Source: Candidatus Brocadiaceae bacterium (lineage in GTDB: Bacteria; Planctomycetota; Brocadiia; SM23-32). From it: 42,718 nt of DNA. A program made the position numbers and the translations under genes. This document shows, piece by piece, positions 41,597-42,718 of this stretch; position 1 is the stretch's first letter, and every line of letters begins with the position of its first letter. Under the pieces are notes generated by a model. It had not been told where the DNA came from. It saw only the letters and a list, made by a program, of their open reading frames with translations, and did no database searches. The stretch lies in the NCBI GenBank assembly GCA_003551565.1, contig PUMZ01000036.1, positions 1-42,718 of the forward strand. Direction: 5' to 3'.

Positions 41597-41710
41597 GAGA
41601 GCTATCTGCTGGATACCAACATCTTCATATTCACAAACGACCAAGATTTTGAATCTGTAAAAGAACTGAAGTGCAAATCTTTGTCACTTAAAAATAAGGA
41701 AAGGCAGTGA
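41597..41710 (+). pseudogene. internally deleted remnant of a second PIN-domain toxin gene
   Basis: My translation is ..ESYLLDTNIFIFTNDQDFESVKELKCKSLSLKNKERQ*. An N-terminal LLDTN motif is joined directly to a C-terminal T-N-x-x-DF motif. There is no start codon in the frame. Confidence 0.5.
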
Positions 41711-41769
41711 CCCTCTGATCTCTGACTTCTATCCAACGAGGAACGCAGAGATTCCCCCAAAAAAACCCT

Positions 41770-41799
41770 TTGCGTTTTGATCCTGTATTGTGTTAGAAT
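41770..41799 (+). promoter_or_regulatory. sigma70-like promoter candidate TTGCGT-N18-TAGAAT with extended -10 (TGtTAGAAT)
   Basis: The -35 is at 41770..41775, TG at 41791..41792 and the -10 at 41794..41799. It is about 45 nt upstream of ATG 41842. Confidence 0.45.
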
Positions 41800-41841
41800 T
41801 CAGGCGTTTGAAAAATCAGCTTGTCATCCGGTTTTTAAAAT

Positions 41842-42718
41842 ATGGAACGAACCAAACCAATTCAAGACGCAGATACCCGGCTCCAAACGGCTGCGCTGAT
41901 AGTGATGGCGATTCTGTGGTTTTTCTTTCCGATTGTTCTGATCACGCGCCTTTCAAATTCCTTTGTGGATACAGCGGTTGTCCTGCCGCCACTCCTCGCT
42001 TTCGTCCTGTGGGGGAAAGGGTGGCTCTTCCGGTATCAATGGAACAGGACCATTCTGGCCGTGATCGCCGTGTTTTGCACACTGACAGTCATCCCGCAAT
42101 TTGTTCCGTTTTACCCCCTGACGGGAATCGATTCGGTCCGGGTTTTCCATGGCAAGTTCATTCTTCTGGCGCTGGGCATACTTTTCGCTTTCACCAAACC
42201 CACTCTGGTCAGGGCCTTGACCGGGGGATGGGTTTTTGCGATAGCGGTTGCGACCTTCTGGGGTCTTTACGAATGGGTGCTCGGGGGCGCGGCAATCCCG
42301 TGGGGAGTCTATGGCCGCACCTATATAAGCCCCTTCGGCTACCACCGGAATACATTCGGCGGGCACCTGGCGTATTTTCTGCCTCTGGTAATGGCCGTCG
42401 GACTTCTTTACATGCGACGCAGCAAAAAGACGCTTCTAAAGTGGATATTGTCTTATGGACTCTTATGCATATCGGCGCTCTGGGTGCTGGTCCTCACGGG
42501 TTCGCGCGCATCACAGGGCGCGTTTGTCCTGGCGATCGCGCTTTTTATGGTTGGCCATCTTCTCAAGAGACGCAACCGGAAACTCAACATTTCGTTTGCA
42601 GCCCTGGCCCTGGCGGCGGCCCTTGCAATATTTCCCGCAGTGCGGTTCAGTGAGGCAGGACAAAGTGCGATGAGACGCTGGCGGGAGCCGAGCATGTACC
42701 CACTAACCGGCAGAACAG
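41842..42718 (+). CDS. O-antigen ligase/polymerase (Wzy_C-like) polytopic membrane protein, N-terminal part; runs off the right edge
   Basis: Not in the ORF track because it is open to the window end. My translation from ATG 41842 has no stops: MERTKPIQDADTRLQTAALIVMAILWFFFPIVLI...WVLVLTGSRASQGAFVLAIALFMVGH... It has multiple hydrophobic helices and a TGSR motif. Confidence 0.65.
   Translation, partial: MERTKPIQDADTRLQTAALIVMAILWFFFPIVLITRLSNSFVDTAVVLPPLLAFVLWGKGWLFRYQWNRTILAVIAVFCTLTVIPQFVPFYPLTGIDSVRVFHGKFILLALGILFAFTKPTLVRALTGGWVFAIAVATFWGLYEWVLGGAAIPWGVYGRTYISPFGYHRNTFGGHLAYFLPLVMAVGLLYMRRSKKTLLKWILSYGLLCISALWVLVLTGSRASQGAFVLAIALFMVGHLLKRRNRKLNISFAALALAAALAIFPAVRFSEAGQSAMRRWREPSMYPLTGRT

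Noticed and set aside
41790-42653. 287-aa plus-strand ORF listed in the track
   Set aside because: It is in the wrong frame. The frame starting at ATG 41842 is open to the window end and encodes a convincing polytopic membrane protein. This one is Gly/Arg/Pro/Ser-rich with no hydrophobic helices.

Overview
High-GC bacterial chromosome segment. I estimate about 60-65% GC by eye, from hand counts of a few lines only. The CAZyme-rich content, GspG-type pseudopilins and weak Shine-Dalgarno usage suggest a PVC-group organism (Verrucomicrobiota, Kiritimatiellota or Lentisphaerota); this is inference only. There are four blocks. (i) 1-2260 is a clearly lower-GC island with a wHTH/GIY-YIG nuclease, an XRE regulator and an AAA ATPase that runs off the left edge. 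It abuts a decayed tyrosine integrase (2233-3116). (ii) About 3.2-28.9 kb is a glycan-degradation cluster. It contains a beta-helix/LamG lipoprotein, a GH99-like protein, GH5, GH2 beta-mannosidase and two heparinase II/III-like lyases. It also holds an unusual number of amidohydrolase-type enzymes and three proteins I cannot assign. (iii) About 28.9-37.9 kb is a housekeeping block: a tatC fusion, mnmA, gcvH-like, asd, two pseudopilins, cca and serA. Its intergenic regions carry a dispersed GC-hairpin repeat family and a duplicated AT-rich block. (iv) About 37.9-42.7 kb is the lower-GC edge of an exopolysaccharide/O-antigen locus. It has nested inverted repeats, an initiating sugar transferase, a remnant of a second one, a vapBC pair, a decayed PIN gene and a partial O-antigen-ligase-like gene that runs off the right edge. 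I saw no rRNA, tRNA or CRISPR array. Many long ORFs in the track are antisense shadows of real genes, as is usual at this GC content. All family calls come from motif recognition by eye, not from searches. The most unusual items are the left-edge nuclease/ATPase island, the intergenic repeat family flanking mnmA, the TatC-FecR-like fusion and the inverted-repeat structure in front of the EPS locus. None of them amounts to a clearly demonstrated new system from this window alone.
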